Assembly (NCBI GenBank): GCA_030704615.1
Contig: CM060734.1
Span: 52,700,001-52,764,000, forward strand
Direction: 5' to 3'
Source: Takakia lepidozioides
Taxonomy: Eukaryota; Plantae; Bryophyta
Length of the DNA: 64,000 bases
The translations under genes and the position numbers were made by a program. The notes under the pieces were generated by a model. That model had not been told where the DNA came from. It saw only the letters and a program-made list of their open reading frames with translations, and searched no databases. Each line of letters opens with the position of its first letter. The stretch's first letter is position 1. Below, piece after piece: positions 48,001-63,000 of the stretch.

Positions 48001-51000
48001 ATGCTAGTCTATGTCATCTCAGTCAGAGGATTCACATGACTGACGCCTAGAGCATGTAAATACTAGAATCCACAAAACTCCCACTGCTTACTAAAGATTC
48101 CCTTGAACGATTGAGCGGGAGTTGGATTAAAGTCTACTTGTGTATGTCCTTTCATGTGGGTCTAAATCTACTCATTCAACATTCATGGTTGTGTTGAGCA
48201 TAATATATGCATGTAACAATGGCATGCACCCCAAACTCATACACGAGTCATATGAGTATATCCTGACAATCTCCCCAAATCCATATGCTGAGTGAATGCA
48301 GCTATTCCCAGCAATTGAACCACTGTATATCAGCTATCCTCCGATGGCATGATTTCCTCAGTTAAGCATTTTGAAGGACACTCAACACATAGCAGAAAAT
48401 CAACAAGCTAAACTTTGTCAGTCTAATGATTGGACTCACTTTGGAGGGCCACCAGTCACACTGCTGGCACAAAATTGAGATATAGCATTTTCATGAGACG
48501 GGTGAACTGTTGCAAGAATCTTTTGTTCTTGTGTATCACTCTGCACAAATCAAAGTGATTCCATGAGGATAGCCATCAGCTTAAGAAATGTTGACAGCTC
48601 ACAATGGTTATCCACAGAAATTAAAACTTGTGTACATAAAGAAACCAATGAATGTAAAAGGTGGGGACTACAGTGAGGGGATCCTTACCGGTGGTCTGTC
48701 TGCACGCAATTTCTGGACAATATGCATAATTTGAGCCATGTGTACTTTGAGAGTATCCTCTTCCATGGTTCCATGCATGCGTTGCATCAGCACCCTTGCA
48801 TTTGCCTGCTACCATTGAACCCCATTTCTTCAGCAAAAGAACAGAAGCAGGATGAACCCCAAACTTCTGGGAGGAACTGCACTAAACTTGGTGCACAAGA
48901 CCTTGATAGGAGCAGCAAAATCTTATCAACTTGCACCTATTGTGAAGCACATTATATCCCAAAGTATAATATTATAAATGAGATCTAATTTCAAGGTCAC
49001 CAACCTAAAACATGTGCTAAAGAGCAGTCTAACCATATGTAGCTCAGAAACATTAGCATCAAATTGTGTTGAACTTGTCAAGCCATGACAAATGATCTTG
49101 TCCTGAAATAGATACAGATGGTTGAACGGTTCTGACTAGAACTGCACAACAATTAAAACTGTACAGGCTTCAAAGAGGAAGGCAAGTAGCCCTGTCAGCT
49201 TCAAGCTCTTGTATTCTCCTTCACTTACTGTTTGCCATAAAAAGAACTGAACGGAAGTAGAGATAGGCAGGATTACAGGATACCCCTGACTAAACCGGAC
49301 ATTCTTGAGGAGAGGTCACTTGCCTTGGCCGGTCCAGTAGAGAGGTGTGGGGATTGTGCCTGAGCCTGTGAGTTACTTGGATCCTCAGGACTCTCAAGGC
49401 CATCTCCACCAAGCCGCTCCGTAAGAGCTTTATGCCGCTCTCGACACTCTTTGGGTTTCCTATATATTCCCTGCCATAACAGGAATAGAATGGCATTATC
49501 AGTTTAAAACTTTCGAAAGTGAGAAAAGGTCTCAAACTTAAACTTAAAGTGCTGAGGAATATAACACCCTTGGGTAAAAACCTTCTCCCAACGATGACAA
49601 TTTATAAACTCAAATTCGACCTCGGAGGCCTACTTTCAGGGACAGTTAACCAGCCAGACATCAGAGTGGGCAACCCTGATATTATGAACTGGAGGGTAAT
49701 CTGCTGCTGCGCTGAAGCAGCCAGGTACTAGCAATGATGCTGAAATAGGTGAGCGGGCTCAGTCTGCTGATGTACATGCCATAGCTAATATTCCCATCAC
49801 CAGACAAAAGAGTCACTAAAAAAGAAGCTAATCTTTCTCTCTTGACATTACAACCTGAACATATGAATGCCAATTCATGTGATGGTATTAGTGGCAAATT
49901 GCCGCAAAACATCCTGGTGTGAGGATGCCTGGGCCTTCAGAACGACATAGCCTGGGTCACTGCTTGGAGCATGCTGGGCATATATAGCACAGCTGTTTTC
50001 CTAAACTCTTTAGAGATACTCCAGGCACCCAAAATTATAGCCATTCCCTCCACCATGTGACAGGGTGTAACACTACGATTTCTAAATCCATGTCACTGGT
50101 ACACGAAGACTCACAAAACGGAAGTGGACTACAAAGCAATATGGTTTTTCACGGCCATCCTCTCCTGGCAATAGCAATGTTACCTTCAATTGAGAGCTTG
50201 AGCTGAGGACGTCACTCACAAGTTCCCAGTTGGGACCCAGATCATGCACAAGAGCAAGGATCGCCTGGATCAAACCATAAATGTCAGGCATTGCCATCTT
50301 CTTACTCCTCTTACTTTGCCAGCAACCATTTTTTATCTTTTCCTTATTTTCTTGACCCATATTATCCAGTGATTGATGGAATATATGCACATGGAATGTA
50401 AGTATCCAATTAATTTTTATCCTTGTACAAGATAATATGCATTGGGTTAAGTATGAAAATAACAATTCCGAGGGCCACCCATGCATGCGACCAAGCTCAA
50501 GAGTTATTTACTGGCACCTCGGAAGCAGGTTCATAAACCTCAATGAGCATCAAAATGTATTTGACTGTACTTTCCAACTGGGATGGTGTGAAATTTGATC
50601 TTTTTTGAATTGAGAGTCATCCGGACTGAAGGTTCAAGCATGGCAACTTAGCCTGACAAATATTAAGGCCCTGGTGAGTATCATAAACGTAAAGAAAGAC
50701 CTTTCTTTCCCAGGTGTATGGTGGATAGCAGATCTACTCCCAACACTTATAAAATTAGGAGTTGGTTATGTCTTGTGTTTGATTTACTCAGGAGAGAGAG
50801 CTGCAGTGTTACATGTTTCAGTGCAAATGGCCACTGGATAAGTTATCCGCACAAAGTTAACCTCTTATCTTACTCAAAGGACAATCTTCATGCTTCTGAA
50901 GTTTGTACTGATGATTGAACACACTGTAGTGCCTTTGTATTGGGGGCTCAGCGGTACAGATGAACAGACAGAATGGAAGATGAACTTCCATTATGAAACA

Positions 51001-54000
51001 CGCAAAGGTTTGCAGAACACAAGCAATGGGCAACAACAACAAATGCAAGAAGAAAATTCACTTTCATCACTCGAACCTGATCTTCAGATGAGGACCATGG
51101 AATGCCCATTCCAACAGGTGTAGTGACTGGGCCCTGCAAGCCGAATGCCACCACAAGGCGAAAGTCATGAAGCATGAAATAACTCCAAATTTCTTCTACT
51201 TTTACAATTGCAATGCATCCCACTCCACAACAAGATACTTTTCAGAAGCACACAGTGGGAAAGGTCCAATCGTTATTGTACAAAACATAAACCTTCCCGA
51301 TGTCAAAATGATGTGAAGCTTGTAACTGACAAACATTTCCACAAGCTTAGCCAAATATGCAGATATGATTAAATATACAAGTTCTTGCTATGCTGATTTG
51401 TCATTCCACTCATCTACATGCTCCTGAAAGCTGAGGAAACATCTTAGCCATTGTGTCTTGGAACAACCCAAATGAAAAATAAATAAAAATAACCTTGCAA
51501 GGCTTGTTTTTCCGGCTGCGGTCACGATTACTGTTCTGTCTCATCAGTCTGCCTGGCACATTGGCAATCGGTGTGCCGACCTGTGAAGCAGATATGGTGA
51601 TGGCTGCAGGAGCTGCCTCAGGATTCAAGTCAGAGGGTTGCTTTATTAACTTGGGTTTCTTTGACAGTTGCTGCCCTGCCAGTCCTTGTGACCCTGGTGT
51701 CCCGGGTGTGTCTGCTGCAGTACCTGTTACAGAAAAAAGAAAGTGTCAGGCATGTTACATGCCCTACAGTACCATCTCCTTCTCCTAATCAAGTTCTACA
51801 ACTGACAAAGCACCAACCTACTTGTGGAATGGACCTGTCACTGCCACAGCCATTATGCTTACCATTGGGGCTCCCATGGACTTTAAAAAGCTTTTCTCTT
51901 TCCCTGTCATCTGTTTTGAGCTTCCTCATCTTTAGCAGAGCCTTTAAGCTTTAAAGATCCAAAGTGCCTCGCAACCTACTACTTGAGGCACTTCGTTTTT
52001 GTCCTACACTTAATGGATTCGGGAGAAATTCTTGGTATCCATTGGCCCTCATCTGATGGTGGTTTGAAGTTTCTTTCTGACTTTCTCGAAAGCAGGGATA
52101 ACTGGACAAGCATGCCTTCCTACCTCTCCAGGAAATTTTCTACAGCCCTCGCACAGGCCCTCGGTGCATTGGCTCTCATAGGTTGCAGATTGAAATGGGG
52201 AAATGGTGTTCTAGAGATAGAATATGAGACTCCTCAATATGCATATTGGAGGAAGAGCGCTGGAGATTGTGAGATACGTGAGAGATACTACTGTTAAAGA
52301 TACCCATTCCTTGGCAGAGGTCTTCAGCTTGAAGAACCAAACTGTCTGATGGCCACCTGCTTGAGACCCTTCATCTTAGGGCATCACTTGATCTGAACAA
52401 GTATTTCTATGCTCTTCCCCGTCACATGGGGCCTTGTGGCCCCCTGGGGCACTATAAATTTTTCTTCTATCATTATTTATATCTTTCTAGGCTCCCACAA
52501 CCTATGGATAGAGACTGGCAGATGGGAAAACCTGCAACAGGAGGACTGCCTATGTCCAACTTGCACAGGGCGCAACCAGGAAATTGAAACTGGAGAACAC
52601 TTCTTCTTCTATTGCCCTCTATACTACGAGTTCCGTGGGCGATTCCACTGTCTATTCCGCGGAACCCAATCTCTCACTGAAGTCTTCCACTATGAGGATC
52701 AGAAATGCTTGGCAGCTTACCTGCACGAGGACTTCACCCTTAGACAATCACTTGAGCAATTATTTTCTATTCTTGGATCTGGTTTTGTTTCCTCTCTCAT
52801 GTTTTCTTCCATTTTGTCCCATAAGCTCTATGAGCTTTCCGCGGACGTTATAAAGCACCATTTCATTTCATTTCTTTCTATATGGTTCTCTTTTGGCAGA
52901 GCCTCAAGCTTTACCCTCATGAGACACTTCTCTCTTAGAGAAATTTGGAGCCCTCTGATGTCTTTACTTGTCCTTGTTTTGTCCCATGGGCCTCAGGCCC
53001 CTTCCATATTTTTCCCTTTTCCACTCTCTTTCACTTTGTAGATGGAACGAAATTTTCTCTTGAATTTTTTCCTCCATCTCGCTCTCCAATTTCATCACCA
53101 CCTTCTCGCTCTTGTTAAATGCCCGTTGTGCGGGCAACTTGAAGACAGCATTCACTTTCTCATTCATTGTCCTCGGTAATCTCAATCTCACCAGAGAGAT
53201 GCCCTCTTCAAATCCATCGAGGGATTTGTTCCTGTACCTCTGTTTACCAACTTTGAAAATCTCGAGGCTGAGCCCAAAGCCCAGGGCCCTTTTTGGGCCT
53301 AGTTTGGGCAAATCACACACAGCAGATTGATGCTTGTGTAAAGGGATTTCCAGAGCATATCTGGGAAACTTGGATCAAGTGTCTGTTCCAAGGTAAGTCA
53401 TACTACCAGTGTCAGCCCCCGAGTACATTCTCTCTTGTTAAAGATCTCTCCTTAACTATTGGAGTGAGTCCTCTCAAAGGTAGTGCCTATTCCCTCTGTT
53501 TCAGTCCAAACTGGACATGGGATCTATGGCCACAAGGCTACGGCAAGCAAAGTCTTGATTACATTCTCTCTCTTTCTCTCTTTCATTCATTGAGCACAAT
53601 GGCCACAAGGCTATGGCAAACAACATCTTATGAGTACATTCTTTCATTCGTTGACCTTAGATTCTGTGCAGACATCACCACTGCCTTTTTCCCCCTTGCA
53701 GCCACTGGAGACAATTCCAGTTATTCCAGGCATGGAAAATTCAATCATTGCGGGGGAAAGAAAAAAATCAACATGCTGCTCTGTTGAAGAATGACAAGAC
53801 GTACCAAGGCCTGATTCAGAGGACAGGATACCAGATGGCAGAAGGGGGTCCACTTTCCGCTTCAACTGCTTCCCCGAAAACACAAAGATGTTAACAACAC
53901 ACGTATTGAAATGAGTGAGTACCGACACTGCAGAGATGTCTGTCCAAACAATCAGGCAATAAGCCTCCTTTGCCACCATGGAAGGTTTTCACCGCTAGAC

Positions 54001-57000
54001 AGACGCATGTGCAGGAAATTAGCTTCGTGCAGTCCCCAGAAGATATTCAAAATTGCATGATGAGAATCCTTCCTTCACATGGCTTAGGTTGACAATATGA
54101 ATTAGGCTTAATTGCGAATGCATGTGGTGATCGAGTATCCAAAGCCCAAAGGAATGGGTGGCAAGTGGTTCTACTGCGAATGAGGAGATCAAACTTGTAT
54201 CAACCAGGTCATCTACAGTGAATCTTCCCAGTTGTGTGTATGTAATGAATCTATCTAGCGCCTACTTGGCCAGAGGTCTTGTTAGTTGAGCATCATAAAT
54301 AACCCAAGAGCTTAACACTAACTCAAGACCAGTTGCTATTCAGAAAAACACCTAAGTACAAACCCACATGCACCTTCCAAAGGGCGTGGGATAAATGCTA
54401 CAACCCACCTCATACAATGGTCGATGGACATCAGGCGGCCGGCCATGCTCTCCATCAGAACCCTGCAGCAGCATGAGTCACATGAAAATCTTTTACAAGA
54501 CACTCTCATGTGAGCAAACATGTGTAAAGAACTGTGGCTCACAAATCAGGTAAATCAAAATAGACACAGGTACCTTGGCTGATGTGCCCCCAGACACTCC
54601 TGCATCAATAGCCCTTGCTGCAGACACCCCCCCAACCAAATGTTTTGTCTTTTTCCTCTTCTTGGATTTGGATGCCCCTAAAGTTCCGTCACTTCCAACT
54701 CCGTGGATAGTGTTGCTGGGAACAGCACAGTTTATGTCTCCCCTGTAAGAAGCATCTGCTGTGGCACACTCGTCCTCTAGCTGGATTTGTGATGTATCTA
54801 AACCCATGGCTGCCCGTGGCAAAATCCCTGTCATTCCCATAGAAGAGCTCATGCCTCCTGTGCCAGTTGCACGCTGGCGTGTACTTCCAGCTGATGAGCG
54901 CGCCCGCTTTGTAGGAATAATCCCTACATGCGAACCGTGAAGCACCCCACCTCCAGGCAAGGATCGTTTGCCAGTGATGGCTGGAGAAGGCAACCCAGGG
55001 TTCAAGTCCCCACTTGGCACTGCTGAAGACCGATGCAACAATGGGATGCCACTAGGCCCAGAATTGCCGACCTTGAGTACCTTCTTGCGTTTCTTTTTAG
55101 AGAAACCAGAGAGACCTCCCTCGCTCCCAAAAGAGCCAGATAAGTAATGCAACCGTAGGTCATCATCCTCCGATCGGGGGCCCTTTCCTTGGGAGGGAAA
55201 ACTTGATATGGGATGGCTTTCACTCCAGAAACCACCTAATCCAACGTCAGATGCCACCCCTGAGTCGTCAGCTGCCTCAGCAGTTGCTTGAGCTTCAGCA
55301 TCTGCCAATGCCGCTGCATGCTCCTGTACAAAGTCCAGCAACTTTGTTTTCTTACATACTCTTCACCATAGGCTCTTTCGGCTTGGACATTACCAAAATC
55401 CTTTCTATCTTGGTTTGCTCTATCTTGTCCATGGTCTGTCACAGCCCTATGTAGACATTCTAAGGATTTTTTTCTTTTTCTTTCTCTTGTCCCCCCCCCC
55501 ACCCCAAACTTTATTCAACCCTCTCACCCATGTCAGCAACAACTACTGCACTCCCCGAAAGCCCCGGCCACTGGACGAACCCACCTGTCCTACCTTTCTA
55601 CAGTTCCTATTGTATGTATGTCAATTGCACTGACCAACACAGACAAAGAAAAACTCGCTGTTCTCTCTCCATACTCTTCCAATGAATGGATCAGACATGT
55701 AAAATGTTGAGATTCTCACAGTACAAGACTAAAGTATAAAGTGACATGAACTTCAAGTCCAGCAGATCACTCTTACCGCCTCAACTGTGGCCCAGTGCAA
55801 TTCCACAGAAGCTCGATATGTCTCAACTGATCCAGCAGGTATCACATAAAATAGCGATTCCTGGATCATTGTATGGAAATCATTTGAGTCAGCTTTCCCA
55901 CAGGTAGTACCAATTTAAACCCACAGATTTTGACAATACCAAATTAGCTGAACAACTTGAACCTGCTAGTGGATAATTGTAAACCAGGGGTTGACTTGGT
56001 CAGACATGCATCTCAAGAATTGGACATAGACATGGAGATTCAAATAGACAAGTTTGACGAAAAATTGCCTTGATGCCTTGATGCCTGACTATGCACTCTC
56101 AATGTCATCACAGTATTGGGGATTTGAGGATATCGAGGTGCACCACAGGTACGGATTAAGTAGAATGTACTCATAAGACATTGTTTGCCGTAGCCTTGTG
56201 GCCATTGACCCCGCGCCCAGTTTGAGCAGAACACAATGGGACAGAACCTACCTCGGTCAGGGGCTGACATCGGTAGTAAGACTTACCTTGATAAAGGACA
56301 TTGATTTGGGTTTTCCCGATATCCTCTAGAAATCCCTTCACACAAGCATCAATCTGCTGTGTCTGGTTTGCCCAGTAACTAGGCCCCAGAAGGGCCTGGG
56401 CTTTTGGCTCAGCCTCGAGACTTTCAAAGTTGGTAAACATAGGTACAGGCACAATTCTCTTGATAGATTGGAGGAGAGCGTCTCTCTGGTGAGAGTACCC
56501 CGGACAGTGAATCAGGAAATGAAAATTGTCTTCGGGTTGCCCACACAACGGGCAATTGCACTCTGCCTTTCCTCTCTGCTTCTGTTTACTGTTCCAAGGT
56601 AGGCTTCCTGCCCTGAGTTTAAATTTCAGTCTGGTGCCGAGAGTGGGTAGAGTCACACCCAACTACACCCTTGTGTGATTGAGAGTACTTTTGGTAACTA
56701 AGTTGCAGCTTCCAGTCACACTATGTATATGCTAGGGTACGTTGAGCTCATTTTCTGAAAATGACTCATGGGAAGGATCATGGATACGGGTATGATGCAT
56801 ATGCCAAGGTCGATGGAGAGAAATTCAACATCAACCAGACGACCACATGCTGAATAGTACTGGTAATGGCTCTGTGAAACTAAGGGTTTGGGATATAGCT
56901 TTGTGAGTGATATGTTGTACAACTGCACGACACATGATCACATATGTTCATCTTAGCTAACATGTTGCCTGTCCTGAATTGTGGACCAGCCAGGGAAAAC

Positions 57001-60000
57001 AATCAGGGTTGGATACGCAAGGGCTCTGCCATTTGAGAAATTACCCTCAAGATTTGCAATTTTGCAAGTCACCAGAAAGATGTTGTGTTTGAGGTCATCC
57101 ATGATGTCCTCCCCCATGTCACAGACTGGAAACAGGTTCAGGGAAGTTTTCTGCCTAACTTCAGTTTCATCAGACAATTTTCTGGTAACAGACATGGCTT
57201 TGGACAGTACAGTCTCTAAATGACTCTTATATCTGAAGTGCCATGTCATAAGACACGATTGATTTGCATCGATATATGAGTTTCAACCTTGGGATGACAG
57301 GGAAATGTCGTAGTATTTTTCTGGGTACAGTCCCACGACCAGGAATGTAACGCGACGTCTTGCACTCCAGGCGAAAATCTGTTTTTTCAGTCTCCCCACG
57401 GAAGAGTACACGCTATTTCCAAGATATAGCGTCGATTAACTTAGGATATCTGGTGTTGGACATGTGTTGCAACTGACCCGACCACCTGACCTTGAATTCA
57501 TTCGTCAGGAACTTAAGGAAGGGATGCCAAACTCACCCCAAACTGCCACATTGGCTGTTTTGGAGCATGCTGACATGCACTCCTTAAGCAACCCCACTTG
57601 AATGGATTCTAGAGACTTAGCCTGGTTGGAGTTATCGGGTTAAATAGAAAGAGAACAAAGAAGGGCTACTATGAGTTGCATAGTCAAGCAATACTCATTG
57701 TCCCTTCTGGACAAGGAGCTGGAGCATACCTCAGTGAACTGGTCTTCCCATAACGGCTCCAAAACACTACTGGTTTCTGAAAGTCGCTCAGGGGTTGCAG
57801 GAGCCTCAGCTTGTGCGATCAGTTCACTGCCTAATGACTCCTTCAGGAATCGTTTGGCATAGTCATAGATTGGTAGAGACGTCTTCTTCAGCTTGATACT
57901 GTCCACTGCCTTTCCCAGCACCTGAAAGATTCACGATGTCAAATCAAAGGATCTACACGCACTGCAAATTGGTGTGAGTGAGAGCACAACTGCAAACATT
58001 AGGTGTGATTCCGCCTAGCTTGCCATAGCTTTGTGGCCATAGAGCCATGCCTGGTTAACAGAGAACAGGAAAGAAAGGGGACAGGGGGACAGGAGGAGCA
58101 CAGCTTGTTCTAGTAGTGGGAACTGTGTGGATGAAAAAGAAAGGATGATAGACCTTAAATGATGGAGGACTCATGCATGGAGAAATCATGGAGAATCTGA
58201 TGTTTGTAAAGGGCCTCAAACAAACTCTAAAAATTATCATTCTCATCTTTGTGCAACTTTTCACACAAACTCTGAACGTCACCTGTCCTGCACCAGGGAC
58301 ATCAACATCCATTGGATCAGCTTCAATATCGTGTATCTGAGCTTTCAGCTCGTGCAAAGGCCCAGTTTTTGGTTTGATCAACAATGCCTCAACTGAGCGC
58401 CAAAACTCATTCACAGCATTTGACAGGAGGCGTGCCACTTTACGCTGTCTCTGATTCAACTCAGCTGCCAAAAAATCAGACTGCTGCCTTTCTTGCGCAA
58501 TCCACCGGCAGAATTGGGCAGCAGCAGCTACTTTCCATAATCGCTCCTGCAAAGTTCCATTCACCAAATCAAATTAAGGTGCAATGAAAGCATGTATGAC
58601 CAATTGATGCCTCCTCAGAAACTAGAGGATCTTGCTTCTTGTATGTCTCAGGAACAAATCAACCAGCAGTCTTTCATGATGGGAGGCATTTCTGCAGGAG
58701 GCACCAAGGCTTGATGAGAATGTAGATTCTGTAAACACAAACACCTGATGCCTTAACGGATTAATGACCAGCTGTTCATCCCAGCTTCTGAATACATGCA
58801 AGATATACACATATAGCACTACACTTATGTCCATATCTACAAGGGTAGGATAAACTCTATGATCACAATAATGTGTTGAAAATCAACGACTTAATAAGAC
58901 GCATGAGGTAATCTAAAACCTTACACATCATTTCTCACCACCATCCATATTCAATACAAGTAGGAACAGTAACACTGAGGGTGATGTCTTCAGGTGCTGT
59001 CTAGAGTGGATATGTGAGGATGCACCCATTGGCCAGTTGGAACTCTCATAGTGAATAACTTTCCACTAGCAAAGAAAGGGGACCAATGCTAGGTGTAAAC
59101 TCAAACTATTACTTTCTTGGCCACTGGGTAACGTAGTTTCGGACCTTGATGCTACCTAAGTACACCTGAAGGCCTGTGAGAATTCCCACTGAAAGGGAAC
59201 TTGGAAGGAGGGACCAGAAGACACCTATGTGACACAGAACCTCACAAGAATCGAAAGTCCCAAAAAAGTTTAAAAGTACCTGCATAACATCATTTGCCAG
59301 CCAGGCCATTTCTTCAAGTACAAAATCCCAGTGAGTCTTCACTTTGAAGGGTTCAGCCAGAGGCTCTCTCTCTGCCCACTCTGCTGTCTCCTTACTTGAC
59401 GCCTACATGTTCGCAGAAAAGACACAATTAAAATTTACAAAACCGTCCTCAAAAGAGGGAAGTACCCCTTCTAAGGAAGGGGCTCTTGGATACACTCACC
59501 TGGCCAACATCTTCTCTCTTCATTAATTGTGGTTTCTGGATTTGTTCCTCTCTCACGTTTTCTTCCATTTTGTCCCATAAGCTCTACGAGCTTTCCGCGG
59601 ACGTTATAAAGCACCATTTCATTTCATTTCTCCTTAAAGATTGCTGCTGTCCAAGTACAATCTGGAAAACTGGGTCCTTCACCCATTAACAAACAGCATA
59701 AGCTACACAATTTTCAATAGTTGTTTTTGGCCAACTGCACTATCATACTATTTCCTTGAAGCATACATCCAACTGCGTCTTTCCTTTCATGGAAGTTGCT
59801 AGCTATTAGGATGCAACCATCTCCACCAAGAAACAGTTTGCAGCGATTAGATTCCAGCAGCCCTCACACTTAGAAGGTTGGTTGACTTGCTTGGACTGGA
59901 GAGTCTCTCGTCATCCTAGTGCATGTCTACTAGTTAGCTAATTCACAAGAAGAAGCCATACTGCACCACACCAGGTTCATCCCTCATTGATGCATGACAC

Positions 60001-63000
60001 TCAGATCTCCACCAACTAGAAGAGAAAGTTCTACCAAACCCACCTAACACTCATGTGAGTTCATGAAATAAGCTAAAACTGAAGGCCCACTAAATCACCA
60101 AAACACTTCCGTGCTAATTTCTGCCTTGTTTGAAAATTGAACATATAATTCAAACAATAGAGAAACACAATTAATTGACCAACCTTGATATGTTCCGCCT
60201 CTTCTAGAATGAAATCTTCCTCCGCCTTCTTTGACTTTGGTGAAAGATCTGCCTTATGCCTCACCACTTCAGATTTTACAGTTCGATCCTGCTCCTTCCC
60301 CCAAGGAAGTACTATACCTGGAAACCTGCTGTTTGATGGTGCACCAGCAAGTGAAGTCCGGCCTACAGTTCTAACCCCACCTAAAACAACAGATGCCTGC
60401 TCTCTAGTCTTAATTTCTTCCTGAAATGTTGCAGCTTTGCTGGTTTGTGGACCCATTTCAGCCTCTCCACCAAATGGGTTTGACCTGTTTTCAGCCACAC
60501 CTTCTTCAATTTTGATTCTGACACTGCCAGGGCCAGGATTCTTGTCATCCAATGCTGACCTGTCTTTTCTTGCCAGCTGGTAAACACTGCCGCCTCTGGC
60601 AGAAACTGTCTTTCTGATGTCATGATTTCTGTGAACAGAAGGCCCGTCCAAGATCTCTGAACTTAAATGGGTGAGTGACACGTTACTGTCAGTAGCACCG
60701 CTCGACTCATTAGATGCGTTGGCTTCACCTAAGTTGGACTTTCGAACACCATCTGGTTCACCCTGACAAGAATGTTTGGTGGATCTGTCAGACCCCCTCT
60801 CATTGGAAGTAACTTCCATGAGAGAAAACGTCTCAACTCCCTCTCTATCATCTGTCACTGAAGTTGGATACCCATATGAACCTGCACCAATAACTGTATC
60901 TCTCACTCTACTTAAGTTCGAACAAGGTCTTTCCACAACAGCGGTATCACCTACATGTCCCCATTGTGAAGGGAGAACTGCTGAGTGGACCACCCCAGGA
61001 TCAACAGTAAATTGTACACAAGAGCTTGGCTGCTCTACTGTCTCTACATGACTCTGTTCACCAGCCAAAGATAAGCCGTCTCTCTGCTCCTGTTGAAGAA
61101 GTATGAGATCCCCACCATCATTTGGCTGTACAGACATGGAGGCAGGCAAAGAGGCTCCTTCACTAAACCTCCCTAGGTCAATGGCGGCATTTAGAGGATG
61201 CGGTTGCAAGACTGTTCCACACCTTGTCTGGACTTCCTGGACCAGATCATCTTCCTGGTCTGTAGTCACCCCGTTCCACCTGCCAGAAAGAGCCTGAGAT
61301 TTGAGATGTGGGAATACCTGGTAGCTAATATCCACCATGCCTTCATTCTCTGTGGCAACCTCCCCTGTACCTACAGAGAATGGAGGAGGTTTGGCCTCAG
61401 ACTCAATAAAAGATCTATCACCACCCACCACCTTGTCCAGCTCTTTTGGAGATACATGTCCATTCCCAAAGCGTGGACTTCTGTGTCTGTTTCTTCTTGC
61501 ATATGATTGACTTTTAGATCCAGTGCGACCTCCTCCAGAGCCTTCACTCTCCTTCAAAGTAAGGTCAATTTGTGTCTGAGCAGTCGGGTTCACTTGCACT
61601 GGTTGGCCCTTGGCAACCCAGGGAGTAGCATCCCCCGTGTTAATGGGGAAGTGACCCCCATCCAACTCTGCACCTCGTCCTACAAAAAAACCATGTCTCA
61701 GGCTGTTCTCACGTGAGTCGCCATTCACTACGGCATTTGACGTATAGCCACCCTCCCCCTCACTGCCACACAACCAAATGAGAAATCATTAGATCCTGCA
61801 ATAAGATAAGACAAAACCAGTCAGAGAGCCACATAAAGACAGCATGTGTTAAATGAATCTTCCACGGTCACAACAACTGAATAGAAAATTACATCAGAAA
61901 ACGGGGCCACATCATGCAACTTGCAAATGAAGGGGAAGCAGCTCTCATTTATGCTAGCCTCAGAGTTTGGGTGGAACAAAAGGGAACATCGAGAGGACGT
62001 CTATATCTAAAAGTTCATGTCTGGATCTAAAAGTCTCTCATGTTCTGAAGAATGACATCTCAGATGTTTCCTTTTGTCCCCCCCAAAACTGTGCGCGGTG
62101 TATGTGGCCACAAGGCTACGGCAAACAATGTATTAGGAGTACGTTTGTCTCTCAGATGATCTGAGGGCCCTACCTACCCTCTGCACTAGACTGAAATTTA
62201 AACTCGGGGCCAGAAGCCCACCTACGAACAATAAACAGATACAGAGAGATTGTAATTGATACAAGGAGATTGTAATTGCCAGATGTGCAGGCAGCCTGAA
62301 GACAACATCCATTTTCTGAGAAATTGTCCAGGGTATTATTCTCACCACAGAGTGACTCTCTTTAGGAACATCAAGAGTATTGTGCCTGCACCTCTGTTCA
62401 CCAACTTTGGAAATCTTGAGGCTGAGCCTAAAGCCATGGCCCTGTTGAGGTCTAAATGCTGGGCAGATCACACACATCAGGTTGATGCGGATTTCTAGAG
62501 GATATCTGGAAAGCCAACAGATTGTTTTTACCCTGGTAAGTCCCACTAACGGAGTGAGCCCCTCACAGGGTTACTGTATGTTCCCTTTATTTCTGCCCAA
62601 ACTGTCCGCAGGGTCTTTGGCCACAAGGCTACGGCAAACAACGTCTGACATTCTCTCTCTCAGATGCAGAGAGGAAAGGGATATATGTAAATGCCTGATG
62701 CGTGGGCAGCCTGAAGACTGTCCGTTTTCTGATACAATGTCCAGGGTATTCTCATCAGAGAGCAACCCTCTTCAGGATCAAGAACATAGTCCCTGCATCT
62801 CTGTTGACCAACTTTCAAAATCTCGAGGCTGAGCCTAAAGCCCTGGCCCTGTTAGGGTCTAACTGCTGGGCACCTCACACACAACAGATTGATGATTGTG
62901 TGAAGGGCTTTATAGAGGAAACTGCCAAGCCCGACCACTAGTTTCTAAAGTTGCACTACTGGAGTGAGCTCATCACAAAGGTAGTGTATGTTCCCTCTTT

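Noticed and set aside
56700-57560. Possible organellar insert or structured RNA in an EAF1 intron
   Set aside because: No motif I could identify with confidence.
60073-61773. 566-aa stand-alone ORF
   Set aside because: It is a large internal EAF1 exon (contains SQSYARRNR and EDFILEEAEHIK).
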